Below, piece after piece: positions 1-8,992 of a stretch of 64,000 nucleotides of DNA (position 1 is the stretch's first letter; every line of letters starts with the position of its first letter). A program made the translations under genes and the position numbers. The notes beneath the pieces are model-generated. The model saw nothing but the letters and a program-made list of their open reading frames with translations, did no database searches and was not told where the DNA came from. The DNA is from an uncultured delta proteobacterium (GTDB taxonomy: Bacteria; Desulfobacterota; Binatia; Binatales; Binataceae), in NCBI GenBank assembly GCA_963724765.1, contig CAVRVY010000003.1:288001-352000 (forward strand), written 5' to 3'.

Positions 1-263
1 CGTCTCGGCATGAGGCCTCGCCACGCTCGCCCTGGTCGGCTGGTATCTGCCGGAACACGTGCATGCGGGTTCGTGCTGGGTCTCGCGCTGAGCGAGCGCT
101 CGCCATGAATGCAGCCGTCGTCATCGCCCTCGCGTTGGTCATCGCCGGCGCGATCTACATTCGACAGCGTTGGCGCCGGGCGCCGCAGGTCTATCGGGGC
201 GATAATCGCGCTGAAAGCCAGCGAGTTACATTTGTCGACTGGGTTGCTAGGGTTCGCGACCGG

Positions 264-908
264 CTAAGCTCTCTTTGTTCCCCACAGCAACCTAGAAAGC
301 GCGCTCATCGCGACAGACCAACACGATTTGAAACTGCCGAGAAAAGCGGGCGGCAAGTGGGGGGAGCGCATGTGCTCACATATGCAGTTGCTGGAATCGG
401 AATCGGTCGAGCGGCAGCCATTGGCGCGCACCGCAGCATAGGCGTCCTTCATCTTCGACCGGGTAAAGTTCTTCGGAAATCTATCTCGATTAGCAAGGGC
501 GTTTGCAATCCGTCCTCTCTCAGGAATGGCCAAAGATATGTTCCAATGATTTTGCCTTGCCCAGTGGCAGGCAAAGCTATCTGCCGTCTGAACCTTCGCT
601 ATGCCCTCTAGTTCGTCCAGAGTGAACGCGAGCAAACATAGACCCTCCACGCGGGTTCCACCCGTCCTGCACCAATTGAGCGCCGTGACAGCGCGAAGAA
701 CGTCTACCGAACCCGTCACATATAAGAGACTCAAAACTCCTCCATCCTCTGAGAGTACATTTTTTTCGATCAGAGCCGCTCGACGCTCGGGAAGGTCTTC
801 TCTAGCGCCGCAGCTAGTTGGTCGATCTACCTTCCGCACGTAGCAGGGAGGATCGATTCCTAGTTTTGTGCGGATGTCGAAATCGTCTTCTACGCTCACC
901 GAAGACAA
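264..908 (-). CDS. Putative ADP-ribosyltransferase-like toxin, last gene of a 3-gene operon
   Basis: N-terminal strand YVRKV, a GVLSLLYV strand and a later NHWNI motif follow the R...S...H pattern of ART-like toxins; starts 9 bp after the upstream stop. Confidence 0.45.
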   Translation of the reverse strand: MSSVSVEDDFDIRTKLGIDPPCYVRKVDRPTSCGAREDLPERRAALIEKNVLSEDGGVLSLLYVTGSVDVLRAVTALNWCRTGGTRVEGLCLLAFTLDELEGIAKVQTADSFACHWARQNHWNISLAIPERGRIANALANRDRFPKNFTRSKMKDAYAAVRANGCRSTDSDSSNCICEHMRSPHLPPAFLGSFKSCWSVAMSALSRLLWGTKRA

Positions 909-917
909 CTAGCGGGC

Positions 918-1862
918 TCAGGTTAGATCCGATGCCAACTCTTCGGCGAGCTCGCGAATGAGTTGCGATCGCTGCGGATCGTTCGCGACCCGCCTGAGGT
1001 CTTCCAGCGCGGCAGAATCGCCAACATCTCCCAGCGCCTGGACCGCAGCTTCTTCGAGAGCAATGAATCTCGATTCAAGAAAATACCTTGGAATTTCGTG
1101 ATCACCCGTTCGCCCAGCGGCCCTGATGAGCGCGTACCAATAGTCATCGTTGTTCCCATCCGGCGTGAACGTGGATAGGCGAGCTCGCGCGACGGCATGC
1201 ACCACATCACGGCCAAGGAGTGCCAAGATATCGATGGTGTCATCGAGCCGTCCCGAGCGATGCACACTGAGAAGTGACCGAATCGCTCGGTCTACATCCT
1301 CTATAGACGCCCCAGCGCGAGTAATAGCGTGAGTCGCTTCAAATTGCGCGCGCACCTTGTCCTGCCCAACCGCTACCCTTACCCGGTCAAGTGCAGCCTC
1401 GATACGCGAAAAGCCATGGGCCGATGCGGCCGCGAGCGACACTGCGCGCCGTGTTTTAGCAACCTGGTTCGGGTGCGCCTTGCATTCGATGATATAGATT
1501 TGGCCTGAATTTACTTTGAGTAGACAGTCCACATCAGCGTTCAGTGACTTGCCGGTCAAGTATGTGCCTTGGTCCACCATCACGGTCGATATCCAATCTA
1601 GAACGGGATACCGATGTGTTGGAGTGGCGATAAGGTGTTTCCCAAGAGACGCAGTGGTCGCAGAATCGGAGACGTAGATCATCTTGATCTCTTCCGGTTC
1701 CGGTTTGGCCAAGCCGACACCGCTTTGGACGGCGTACGACGAATAGCGAAAAGGGGGCAGCGTGCTACCCGCCGATTCCTGTGCGTTGAAAAAGACAGCG
1801 GGAGTTGTGGACCTGCCCTTTCTGAGATCGACATCCTTCAGGTTTTCAACGATTTGCGCCAC
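918..1862 (-). CDS. HEAT-repeat-containing protein (putative antitoxin/partner)
   Basis: C-terminal EEAAVQALGDVGDSAALEDLRRVA is HEAT/PBS-like; start overlaps the upstream stop at 1862. Confidence 0.55.
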   Translation of the reverse strand: MAQIVENLKDVDLRKGRSTTPAVFFNAQESAGSTLPPFRYSSYAVQSGVGLAKPEPEEIKMIYVSDSATTASLGKHLIATPTHRYPVLDWISTVMVDQGTYLTGKSLNADVDCLLKVNSGQIYIIECKAHPNQVAKTRRAVSLAAASAHGFSRIEAALDRVRVAVGQDKVRAQFEATHAITRAGASIEDVDRAIRSLLSVHRSGRLDDTIDILALLGRDVVHAVARARLSTFTPDGNNDDYWYALIRAAGRTGDHEIPRYFLESRFIALEEAAVQALGDVGDSAALEDLRRVANDPQRSQLIRELAEELASDLT

Positions 1863-2623
1863 TAGTGCTGCCTTCCGTTTCCCTCAAAAGCTCGTATGAC
1901 CTTGGAGAGGACCTCCTGAGCATCTTGCAAATCCTTGTCAGTGCTGTCCCGAAAAAGGGGGGTCAGATCAAACTGCTGCACTCCGGGTCCCGAAGGAACT
2001 ATTGGGTGATGCGCATTAATTCCGACGAAAATCATATCGGTACCGCGCACTGACGGTTCCACCGAAACATTCAGATCCCGCCGCCGCTCTGAAAGCGTAT
2101 AGCCGATTTTAGCTGATCGTTCCCCATGGCCCCCCTTGAGGAAGTCGAGCGGTGTCGCGTCAACGATCTGCGCCAAACGAGCTCCAACATTTCCGACACC
2201 GGCTTTGCGATGGAAGTTGAAATTTAAGCCATAGGCGGAAACAGGCGTATGAGCTAGGGCCTCGAAGACGGAGCTTGCGACATCACGGATACGGGGAAGG
2301 AAACTTTGATCATACGTCGAAATCGTCCAACTCTGCTCGAGGCACGTGATCCTTAATTTCCCTGCCGTAAACTGAGCAAACGTAGGGGTACATATGGTCA
2401 TCGTGTCCGTGATCGGCCTCAACCCTTGCTCTCGTTCGGGAATAGGCATGTCGACGGGCGCTTGTGCTTGCCCGCCAGCCAATCCAAAGGAAGCGAGTTC
2501 CTCGTCGGACAAGGCCCCGATCACTTTGTACCATGCAGGATGGTGAATCGCGGGGTTCATATTCCCCGCGACAACGATAAAGTACGCCTCATTTGCGGAC
2601 GCGAATGGGTCGGCTTCAGGCAT
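1862..2623 (-). CDS. Conserved hypothetical protein (TIGR04255-like, possible chaperone/sensor)
   Basis: IVVAGNMNPAIHHPAW N-terminus, HTPVSAYGLNFNF and INAHH motifs; purine-rich RBS upstream. Confidence 0.55.
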   Translation of the reverse strand: MPEADPFASANEAYFIVVAGNMNPAIHHPAWYKVIGALSDEELASFGLAGGQAQAPVDMPIPEREQGLRPITDTMTICTPTFAQFTAGKLRITCLEQSWTISTYDQSFLPRIRDVASSVFEALAHTPVSAYGLNFNFHRKAGVGNVGARLAQIVDATPLDFLKGGHGERSAKIGYTLSERRRDLNVSVEPSVRGTDMIFVGINAHHPIVPSGPGVQQFDLTPLFRDSTDKDLQDAQEVLSKVIRAFEGNGRQH

Positions 2624-2965
2624 TCCTCATCCTTCTGACATCGGCAGCGCCTTTCTGTAACCCAGCGCTGGCACGTAATAAAGCTAGCACAACGCGCCGC
2701 TGGTACGTAAAGGCGTCAGCCCGGCGGCTGGCCCCCCGGCTTAACCAGGCGCGGCCATAATTCTTCAACCGCCGCTTCAAGGCGGCGCGCGTCGAGCAGC
2801 GTCCAAGTCGAGTGGGTCCGCGCGACGACGCCCAGAGACGGCGGGCGGACCCCCTTCTACGAGCCAGAATGGCGGGGCGCTAAGTTTCCGCGTGCCTTTT
2901 CGACCATGGCAAACAGAACTTCTCCTGGTCTCCCCTTGTGTGCCGACCGCGGCGGTGTGAGGTTG

Positions 2966-2981
2966 GCCTAAGCGCATAGGC
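2966..2981. repeat. Dispersed palindrome copy 1 (GCCTAAGCGCATAGGC)
   Basis: One mismatch to CCTATGCGCATAGG; about 16 bp past the stop of ORF 2998-3564. Confidence 0.7.
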
Positions 2982-2997
2982 TGGGAGCAGGGATCCG

Positions 2998-3564
2998 TCA
3001 GCGAAAGAGGCAGAGCCAGCGCGAGCAGCGCCGGCGGTAGGACGATGGCAACGGTCTCGGACCAAGGCCGCGGTACCAGAGCAGCATGGCGGCCAGCGGA
3101 TGGCACTCGACGATGTGACCGTAGCTCCGGGCATCGATGTGGTCCGCAAGGTATACCACCACCGGATAGCCAAGGATCATCAGGACCCAGAACAGCCCGC
3201 AGCCGAGCGCCATCGACACCATGATGAGAGGCCCGGCGCCCGGAGCGAGGACGCCAGGCTGGGGGGACGGCGCAGGGGAGAGCATGAACTCCATCAAGAA
3301 AAACGGCACAAGGAACACACCGGTGCCCAACAACATCAGCCAAGCCCACCGGCGCATGAGCTGATGTGGTTTCGGGGCGCGCGGGGCGAACAGCTCTCGC
3401 AGCGCGCCGCGCCAGCCCTGTTCCCACACCATCGAAATCAGCCCGACGCATGCAAGCAACAGCACGACGATCACGAACCGTTGCTCGAGACTCCCGTGCG
3501 CAAGCATTTCCTCGCAGCGCTGAACGAAGGCCAACATCGCCTTTAGACTGACCTCGACTCGCAC
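2998..3564 (-). CDS. Hypothetical membrane protein (about 3 TM segments)
   Basis: Several hydrophobic stretches; overlaps the end of the upstream ORF. Confidence 0.55.
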   Translation of the reverse strand: MRVEVSLKAMLAFVQRCEEMLAHGSLEQRFVIVVLLLACVGLISMVWEQGWRGALRELFAPRAPKPHQLMRRWAWLMLLGTGVFLVPFFLMEFMLSPAPSPQPGVLAPGAGPLIMVSMALGCGLFWVLMILGYPVVVYLADHIDARSYGHIVECHPLAAMLLWYRGLGPRPLPSSYRRRCSRWLCLFR

Positions 3565-3977
3565 TCTTCGATCAGCCGATCGATTCGTTTGATCACGGTT
3601 CGCGCCTCATCGATAAGATGCTCGATCGCGGATATCGAGCGGCGCGGAATCTGAGCCTTGTTCACTCCCGCCGCGATCATCCCGACAAGGTCAGCATTGG
3701 CGGACTCGAGGTCCTGTTGGATCTTCGCTTCCGCGGCCGTCAACTCATCGAGCGCCACCCGCGGCAGTGAAGCCTGTCGAGCCCGTGCAAACGCGCGCAT
3801 GAGCGTGGGACATATCTCGTCAAGATAGGTTTCCATCAGCGCGAGAAGCAACTTCAGTAGGCCATCGATCTCGCTGCCGTCCACCAGCGCGGTATTCAGC
3901 CGATGCTGAAGAAGCCGGACAAAGGCCAAAACCGCGGCAGCATCAGGATTTGTGGAACCATCAGAGATGCTCGCCAT
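3543..3977 (-). CDS. Hypothetical helical protein
   Basis: 144-aa ORF with ATG start and amphipathic helical composition. Confidence 0.55.
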   Translation of the reverse strand: MASISDGSTNPDAAAVLAFVRLLQHRLNTALVDGSEIDGLLKLLLALMETYLDEICPTLMRAFARARQASLPRVALDELTAAEAKIQQDLESANADLVGMIAAGVNKAQIPRRSISAIEHLIDEARTVIKRIDRLIEECESRSV

Positions 3978-4016
3978 ACGAAACCCCTATGCAGTGACCA
4001 CAGATGTCAGGAAGAA

Positions 4017-4032
4017 TCCTATGCGCATAGGA
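4017..4032. repeat. Dispersed palindrome copy 2 (TCCTATGCGCATAGGA)
   Basis: Perfect 16-bp palindrome, intergenic. Confidence 0.9.
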
Positions 4033-4132
4033 ATAACCGACGATAGCCAAAACCCTCCCACGGGAGAATCAACCCTGACCATGCGCTCTCTCACTGACAT
4101 AATGCATAGGACTCAAGACCTCTGAAGCCCGA

Positions 4133-4462
4133 TTACCCAACCAGGCCACGCGATAGGATTTCTACTTCGCGCCGGCGCTGCTCAAGGTCGACTTCGGCCT
4201 GCGTAGCAGGCAACCCTCGCTCCCGATGCCACCGACGCCAATACTCAGCCAGTCCTTTCCAGGCCGCTTGCAGATTGGGGTATCCCAATTCGCGCTGCTG
4301 CGCAGCAGAGGCTAAGCCGCCGCGACGAGCGAGCATGCGCCTGCCAGCGTGGGCGCGCGCCGCGGGACCGCCTTCTTTGAGCACCTTCCACATCGGCGGC
4401 TGCGGCAGCTTGCGCCGGCGGCGGGGGCGATGTGAGATTTGAGGATCGAAAGCGAACGACAT
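4133..4462 (-). CDS. Small basic hypothetical protein
   Basis: 109-aa Arg-rich ORF with ATG start. Confidence 0.45.
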   Translation of the reverse strand: MSFAFDPQISHRPRRRRKLPQPPMWKVLKEGGPAARAHAGRRMLARRGGLASAAQQRELGYPNLQAAWKGLAEYWRRWHRERGLPATQAEVDLEQRRREVEILSRGLVG

Positions 4463-4556
4463 GGCGTAGCATACATCGCGGAGCGCGGCGATTCATCGCG
4501 CCTGAGTAACGACACTCGTCGCCGATTCCTCACGGCCGGCCATCAGACGCGTGGAC

Positions 4557-4571
4557 TCTATGCGCATAGGA
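4557..4571. repeat. Dispersed palindrome copy 3 (TCTATGCGCATAGGA)
   Basis: One mismatch to consensus, intergenic. Confidence 0.85.
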
Positions 4572-4583
4572 TGAGCAGCGAAC

Positions 4584-4700
4584 GCTGACGCGGCTTTTCT
4601 GTCACCGCTTTCGGGCCAATGAGGTGCGACTATAGTTGAGCGTCATCGCCTATAACCTGGGAACTTGTGGCGGCGGCTTGCGCTGCCGACGCGGGTGGCC
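4584..4700 (+). pseudogene. IS1380-family transposase C-terminal remnant
   Basis: Translates LTRLFCHRFRANEVRL*LSVIAYNLG, then LWRRLALP after a frameshift; this is the typical IS1380 C-terminal motif. Confidence 0.7.
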
Positions 4701-4903
4701 ACCGGAGCGGCAAAATCAGCCGCAAAAATGCTGGCGACCATCGCCATCGAGCTTTGGTCCTCTCGTTGCTCGCGTACGGGCGGATGTTGCAGAAGCGCAA
4801 CTCAATGTGGAGGAGAGTGGGCGAGAAACCATACGGAATCCAAAGATAATAGTGCGAATCGCGCTAGAAAATTGCCGGGCATCAATCCTGCTGTGACGCC
4901 CCG

Positions 4904-5611
4904 GTGATGAAAAATCTTGCAATTATTTGCTTGGCGGTCGGCGGCGGGTTTGCCTTGATGGTGGCGGCTTTTGGCCCGGCTTACGCCGAAAACGCTGCGA
5001 CCGGATCAACCTCCCCCAAGTTTACAGTCTGCTCTGGTCAGACTTACGCGCTTTGCGCCACCGCAAGCTGCTTTGTATTGGACGATGTCGCTTACTGCAA
5101 GTGCGATGTGGAGTCGGGTGACAGCATTAGCCTGTCCTACTCGTTCGGCAATGGCGAGAACGTCTGCTCAGTGAACGCCGAGGGTGCAGCAAACGGTTAC
5201 ATGGTAAGCACTTTCAGTGTACCCGACTCGGTCATCGCGCCGAACGGAAACGAGGCCCTTTACACCTGCCCGGCCAGCACTTCCAATGGAGCATACGCGC
5301 AGTGCGATGGAGGGTTGTGCTTCACAGGTAGCGAAGGGCAATCCTTTCCCGGTTTTAGCGGGCCCCTGACTGCCAGCGAGGTCATCTGTTCTTGCCCCAT
5401 TACCGTGGCCGACCCGGCCACAGCGCTGGTTGGCTACCAGATCGCCGGTCCGTACCCTTGCCAGAAATCTTTCTTCAAAAACTGCTGGAAGAAGATGGCC
5501 AACAAGCATACCGGCTCGCAGATCTATGTCGGCGCGCCGACCGGCACGGCGCGCCTCTTGGCCGGCCTGCTAAACGGAAGCGTCCCGACGTTGAACCAAT
5601 GCCGTCCGTAG
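4904..5611 (+). CDS. Secreted cysteine-rich hypothetical protein
   Basis: Signal peptide ending AYA; many Cys (YALCATASC, CDGGLC, CSC). Confidence 0.75.
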   Translation: MMKNLAIICLAVGGGFALMVAAFGPAYAENAATGSTSPKFTVCSGQTYALCATASCFVLDDVAYCKCDVESGDSISLSYSFGNGENVCSVNAEGAANGYMVSTFSVPDSVIAPNGNEALYTCPASTSNGAYAQCDGGLCFTGSEGQSFPGFSGPLTASEVICSCPITVADPATALVGYQIAGPYPCQKSFFKNCWKKMANKHTGSQIYVGAPTGTARLLAGLLNGSVPTLNQCRP

Positions 5612-5848
5612 CACCGCAAAACCCAAAGCAAGGCCCATTCATTTGGGCTACATTGAAGCGCATCGGTAGGTTTTGAATGCTTTAGCCAAGAAGAAAGCCG
5701 TCGATGTCTTCCTTCCGCACTCCGGCGACACATCTAGGGCTGCCAGCTTCGACTTGATGTCCGGCAGCAACTCGTTAATGAGCCTTTAAACCTTTCGGGT
5801 TCGGCTCGAGAGCACCGAAATCAATGCCTGCGTGAGGGGGGAAATATC

Positions 5849-6232
5849 GTGCGCATATCCACAGTCTTTGGCAGCGCCGCGTTGGTCGCGGCTCTATGCC
5901 TGATCGGGTGCAGCGAAATGCAAGTGCCGGCGATGGATCAAGCTCAGGCTGACGTTTACAACCACTGCATGGGTAGCCACTGGTCCACTCTTGCCGATAG
6001 TGCTCTTTTTGGTTTCGCTGGCTATGAGTATCATCAGAATCAGGTATTGAACTGCCAACAGGTGGCGCTCACCCCTCGAAACCCAGCAAGCTCCGACCAA
6101 CCCGTCAAGTCCGCTTCGGTGCCGGTTGCGGTGACCGCGGCCACACCTGCCGCACCTGCAACCGCGACGGCCAATCCGGGTTTACCCATAGGTGCGGGTT
6201 CACCGGGGAACGAGTGGCAACCCGCGCAGTAG
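5849..6232 (+). CDS. Putative lipoprotein
   Basis: Lipobox-like LIGC after a hydrophobic leader; GAGGGGG RBS; Pro/Ala-rich tail. Confidence 0.7.
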   Translation: MRISTVFGSAALVAALCLIGCSEMQVPAMDQAQADVYNHCMGSHWSTLADSALFGFAGYEYHQNQVLNCQQVALTPRNPASSDQPVKSASVPVAVTAATPAAPATATANPGLPIGAGSPGNEWQPAQ

Positions 6233-6298
6233 CGAGGGTCGATCTCAACTGAACCAGAGGCGGCGGCAACTCTCCTCAGTTCGACCAGGTAGACGGAT

Positions 6299-6314
6299 TC
6301 CTATGCGCATAGGA
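6299..6314. repeat. Dispersed palindrome copy 4 (TCCTATGCGCATAGGA)
   Basis: Perfect 16-bp palindrome between convergent genes. Confidence 0.9.
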
Positions 6315-6341
6315 TTCGCTGAGCCTTGCGGACTGCTTTAG

Positions 6342-6800
6342 CTAGTTCAGCAGGGAGACGCTAGCGAGAAAAGCGTTCAGGCGTGCCGTGTGGGAATTCA
6401 GGGCCGGGATCAGCGCTTCGATTTGAACCGTCGCCGCTGCGACCATTCGGCGCAGCGATAAAGAAGTGAACCGGTTGAACTGGTCGGGCCACGTGCAGCA
6501 GTACTGTTTGCAGCAGGCGATGATCGCCGCATCCGCAGCCACGAGTTCGTCACAGAGACGCACACCCTCGGCATTTAGCTCGGCCGGAAATAGCTCGTAG
6601 CGATCCGCAAGCGTCACCTCCAGCCGTTTCACGGCCTCGCCGAACGGCGGTCGCGCTTTGTCTACCAGCTCGTCGACGAGCCGATCGAATGGGTCAAAGT
6701 AGGAATCAACCTCAGGCTCCGTGTCGATCGGCTTGAGCGGCCTGCGCTCCCGCTCGACTCGCTGTTGGCGGCTCCGCCGGTTGCTGCTCGCTCTCGGCAT
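6342..6800 (-). CDS. Hypothetical protein, divergent from alpA
   Basis: ORF 6342-6893; probable ATG start at MPRASS. Confidence 0.5.
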   Translation of the reverse strand: MPRASSNRRSRQQRVERERRPLKPIDTEPEVDSYFDPFDRLVDELVDKARPPFGEAVKRLEVTLADRYELFPAELNAEGVRLCDELVAADAAIIACCKQYCCTWPDQFNRFTSLSLRRMVAAATVQIEALIPALNSHTARLNAFLASVSLLN

Positions 6801-6971
6801 GGATGGACTCTGGCCTATCTTTCGCGCATGTGTCAAGTGATAGGCCGTGTATCGGATAGTCAATGTGGTATCTAGTACGATAGCGTTAATCAAGTGGCTT
6901 GACTGAGGTTGTCAGTTGCGGGGATCATCTTGGAGACCAGAGCCGCGCACAGCGGCACGGAGGGAAGCCAA

Positions 6972-7175
6972 ATGGGTAATGAGGAGCGGTTACTTTCGCA
7001 AAGCGAGGCGGCAGAGTTTCTCAATATCCAGCCTCGCACTTTGGAGGCCTGGAGGCAGCGTGGAGGGTTTGGGCCGAAGTTTATTCGATATTCCGGACGT
7101 TGCGTCAGGTATCGGTTGAGCGACCTCCAATCCTGGATAGCGGCGCGCGAAGTAGGTAGCGAGGCGGCCGCGTGA
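6972..7175 (+). CDS. AlpA/excisionase-family helix-turn-helix protein
   Basis: LLSQSEAAEFLNIQPRTLEAWRQRGGFGPKFIR...VRYRLSDLQSWI is the HTH_17/AlpA pattern; GGAGGG RBS. Confidence 0.85.
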   Translation: MGNEERLLSQSEAAEFLNIQPRTLEAWRQRGGFGPKFIRYSGRCVRYRLSDLQSWIAAREVGSEAAA

Positions 7176-7179
7176 CGGG

Positions 7180-8274
7180 TTGAACCCTGAAAATGGAAAG
7201 CCCGGCGGGCTAAACCGGGCTCAGAAGGAGAAACGAACTGTGATGGACACAAGCGTACTGAGTTTTCGGAATGAATGTCAAGAGTTGGAGCGGCGCCGAA
7301 CTGCCGATGAGCGTCCTAGCCGCGACCCCGAGCGCGTCGCGCGCAACCTGGCGCGCGCTTTCAATCCGTGGCGCACGTTTCGCCGCTACAGCATCGTGCC
7401 AAACTGCATAATGGAGCGAGATGACCTTTCGGACGGCGCCAAGCTCGTCTATGCGAGACTGATGCAGTTCGGCGGCAAAGGCGGAGATTGTCATCCCTCA
7501 TACGAAAGGCTCGCCAAGGCGGTAGGAAAGAAGCACCGCCATACGGCGATGCGAGCCGTCGAAGAACTCGAGAACAAGGATTTGCTCGTCGTGCTATCGC
7601 CCGAGCCGGGCAAGCGGAAGTCGGCCGGATTCGTCTTCGTCTGGCAGCCGTGGATGGACGCAGATGAGGACCGGGCAGAGGCGGTGACAGGTCGCAAGGT
7701 TGCGACTGGTGAGGTCGCAAGGTTGGGACTGGTGACAGGTCGCAAGATTGCGACCCTAAAAGAATCCTCTTCTGAAAAGACTCCCAGAAAAGAACTTACG
7801 TACGATCTGGAGTTCGAGAAGACATGGAATGCATACCCCAACAGATCGGGATCTAACCCTAAACCCAGAGCTTACCGAGCATGGTTGAAACAGGTCAGTA
7901 GGGTAGAGATCTCCGATCGCTACAAACGGATCGCGGAAATACATGCCGGCGTCGAACGCTACCGGGGCGTCTGCGACGACACCAACACGACCGGCACGCA
8001 GTACGTCATGCTGGCCGCTCGCTTTTTCGATGAAGAACAGTGGTGCGAGCCGTGGGACATCCCGGCGCGGAAGCGATGGGATGATGAGCCGGAAGTCGTG
8101 CCGCCGCCCTACCTGCCTAAAGAGCCGCCCGAGGCGGAGATGCACGAGAAGCATACGGCGCGGCACAAGGAATTCATGGAGCAACTCAACGCCGCCGATC
8201 GAACGAAGCTCGCATCGTATTTGCGCAGACAGAGCGAGGCTTCGATGAACGGAGCAGCCAGCGCAGCGGCATGA
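7180..8274 (+). CDS. Phage-type replication initiator (N-terminal winged HTH, lambda-O-like layout)
   Basis: LSDGAKLVYARL...CHPSYERLAKAVG...AVEELENKDLL HTH; FEKTWNAYP..SNPKPRAYRAW C-domain; internal iterons. Confidence 0.75.
   Translation: MNPENGKPGGLNRAQKEKRTVMDTSVLSFRNECQELERRRTADERPSRDPERVARNLARAFNPWRTFRRYSIVPNCIMERDDLSDGAKLVYARLMQFGGKGGDCHPSYERLAKAVGKKHRHTAMRAVEELENKDLLVVLSPEPGKRKSAGFVFVWQPWMDADEDRAEAVTGRKVATGEVARLGLVTGRKIATLKESSSEKTPRKELTYDLEFEKTWNAYPNRSGSNPKPRAYRAWLKQVSRVEISDRYKRIAEIHAGVERYRGVCDDTNTTGTQYVMLAARFFDEEQWCEPWDIPARKRWDDEPEVVPPPYLPKEPPEAEMHEKHTARHKEFMEQLNAADRTKLASYLRRQSEASMNGAASAAA
7683..7755 (+). repeat. Three iteron-like repeats (putative replication origin inside rep)
   Basis: GGTGACAGGTCGCAAGGTTGCGACT, GGTGAGGTCGCAAGGTTGGGACT, GGTGACAGGTCGCAAGATTGCGACC, followed by an A-rich tract. 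Confidence 0.75.
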
Positions 8275-8283
8275 AGGCGCGAA

Positions 8284-8299
8284 CCTTATGCGCATAGGA
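8284..8299. repeat. Dispersed palindrome copy 5 (CCTTATGCGCATAGGA)
   Basis: Near-consensus; about 10 bp after the rep stop. Confidence 0.85.
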
Positions 8300-8342
8300 A
8301 TGAAAGCCCAAGGTAAACAACCGACTTTTTCGGAGTAAAAGC

Positions 8343-8984
8343 ATGCACGTCGCAATCGCTCACTCACTGCTCGCCCACTCGTGGATCGCGGGGCTCCTGT
8401 TCCCGATTATTGGGCAATCACTCACGAGCGCTCTCTCGGGCACTAATTTGACGAGCCTCCTCACCACGTTGCTGACTGCGATGGCGGGCATAATTCCCGG
8501 CGCGACGCAGAATCAGGAGAACCTGCAGCAGCAGAGCAGTCAGCGGCAATTGTCCGCGAGCGATTTAGCGACCAACCCCAACACCTTCTCGTCGCAGTTG
8601 AGCAACTTGCTCGGCGTGACCGGGGCGAGCGCCGGACCAAACAGCACGGGCGCGAATGGCGCGGGCACGAATACGATTGCAGGGATGCTCCAGAAGCTCA
8701 TCAGCAGCTTCACCGGCAGCTCCAGCCAGAACTTGACGAACAACGTCTGGGAGCAGCTTCAACCGCAACTTGCATCTGCCGGACTTGGGCAGGCCCCGGG
8801 CGTGGCCAATGAAGAACTAGCGACCGCGTTGGCGCCGAATCAGATCCAAGAGCAGACCCTGGGCGCGGAGGAAGGGGCCGGCGCGCTTCAATCAGCGCTC
8901 CAGACCGAAGAGACGAACCTTCAGTTTCCTTTTCAAATTGGGAGCCAAGCGGCGAGTTCCTTCCCGAGCTTCGCGACGCTGTAG
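8343..8984 (+). CDS. Putative virion DNA-ejection/pilot protein (Gln/Ser/Gly-rich with hydrophobic N-terminus)
   Basis: Composition typical of podovirus ejection proteins; co-oriented with the SLT gene; GGAG RBS. Confidence 0.45.
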   Translation: MHVAIAHSLLAHSWIAGLLFPIIGQSLTSALSGTNLTSLLTTLLTAMAGIIPGATQNQENLQQQSSQRQLSASDLATNPNTFSSQLSNLLGVTGASAGPNSTGANGAGTNTIAGMLQKLISSFTGSSSQNLTNNVWEQLQPQLASAGLGQAPGVANEELATALAPNQIQEQTLGAEEGAGALQSALQTEETNLQFPFQIGSQAASSFPSFATL

Positions 8985-8992
8985 GAGGGTGA

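Noticed and set aside
2666-2710. 13-bp direct repeat CGCTGG(C/T)ACGTAA and a sigma54-like TGGCAC upstream of the 3-gene operon
   Set aside because: GG-GC spacing is 11 rather than 10 and it is on the wrong strand; two copies alone are weak evidence for an operator
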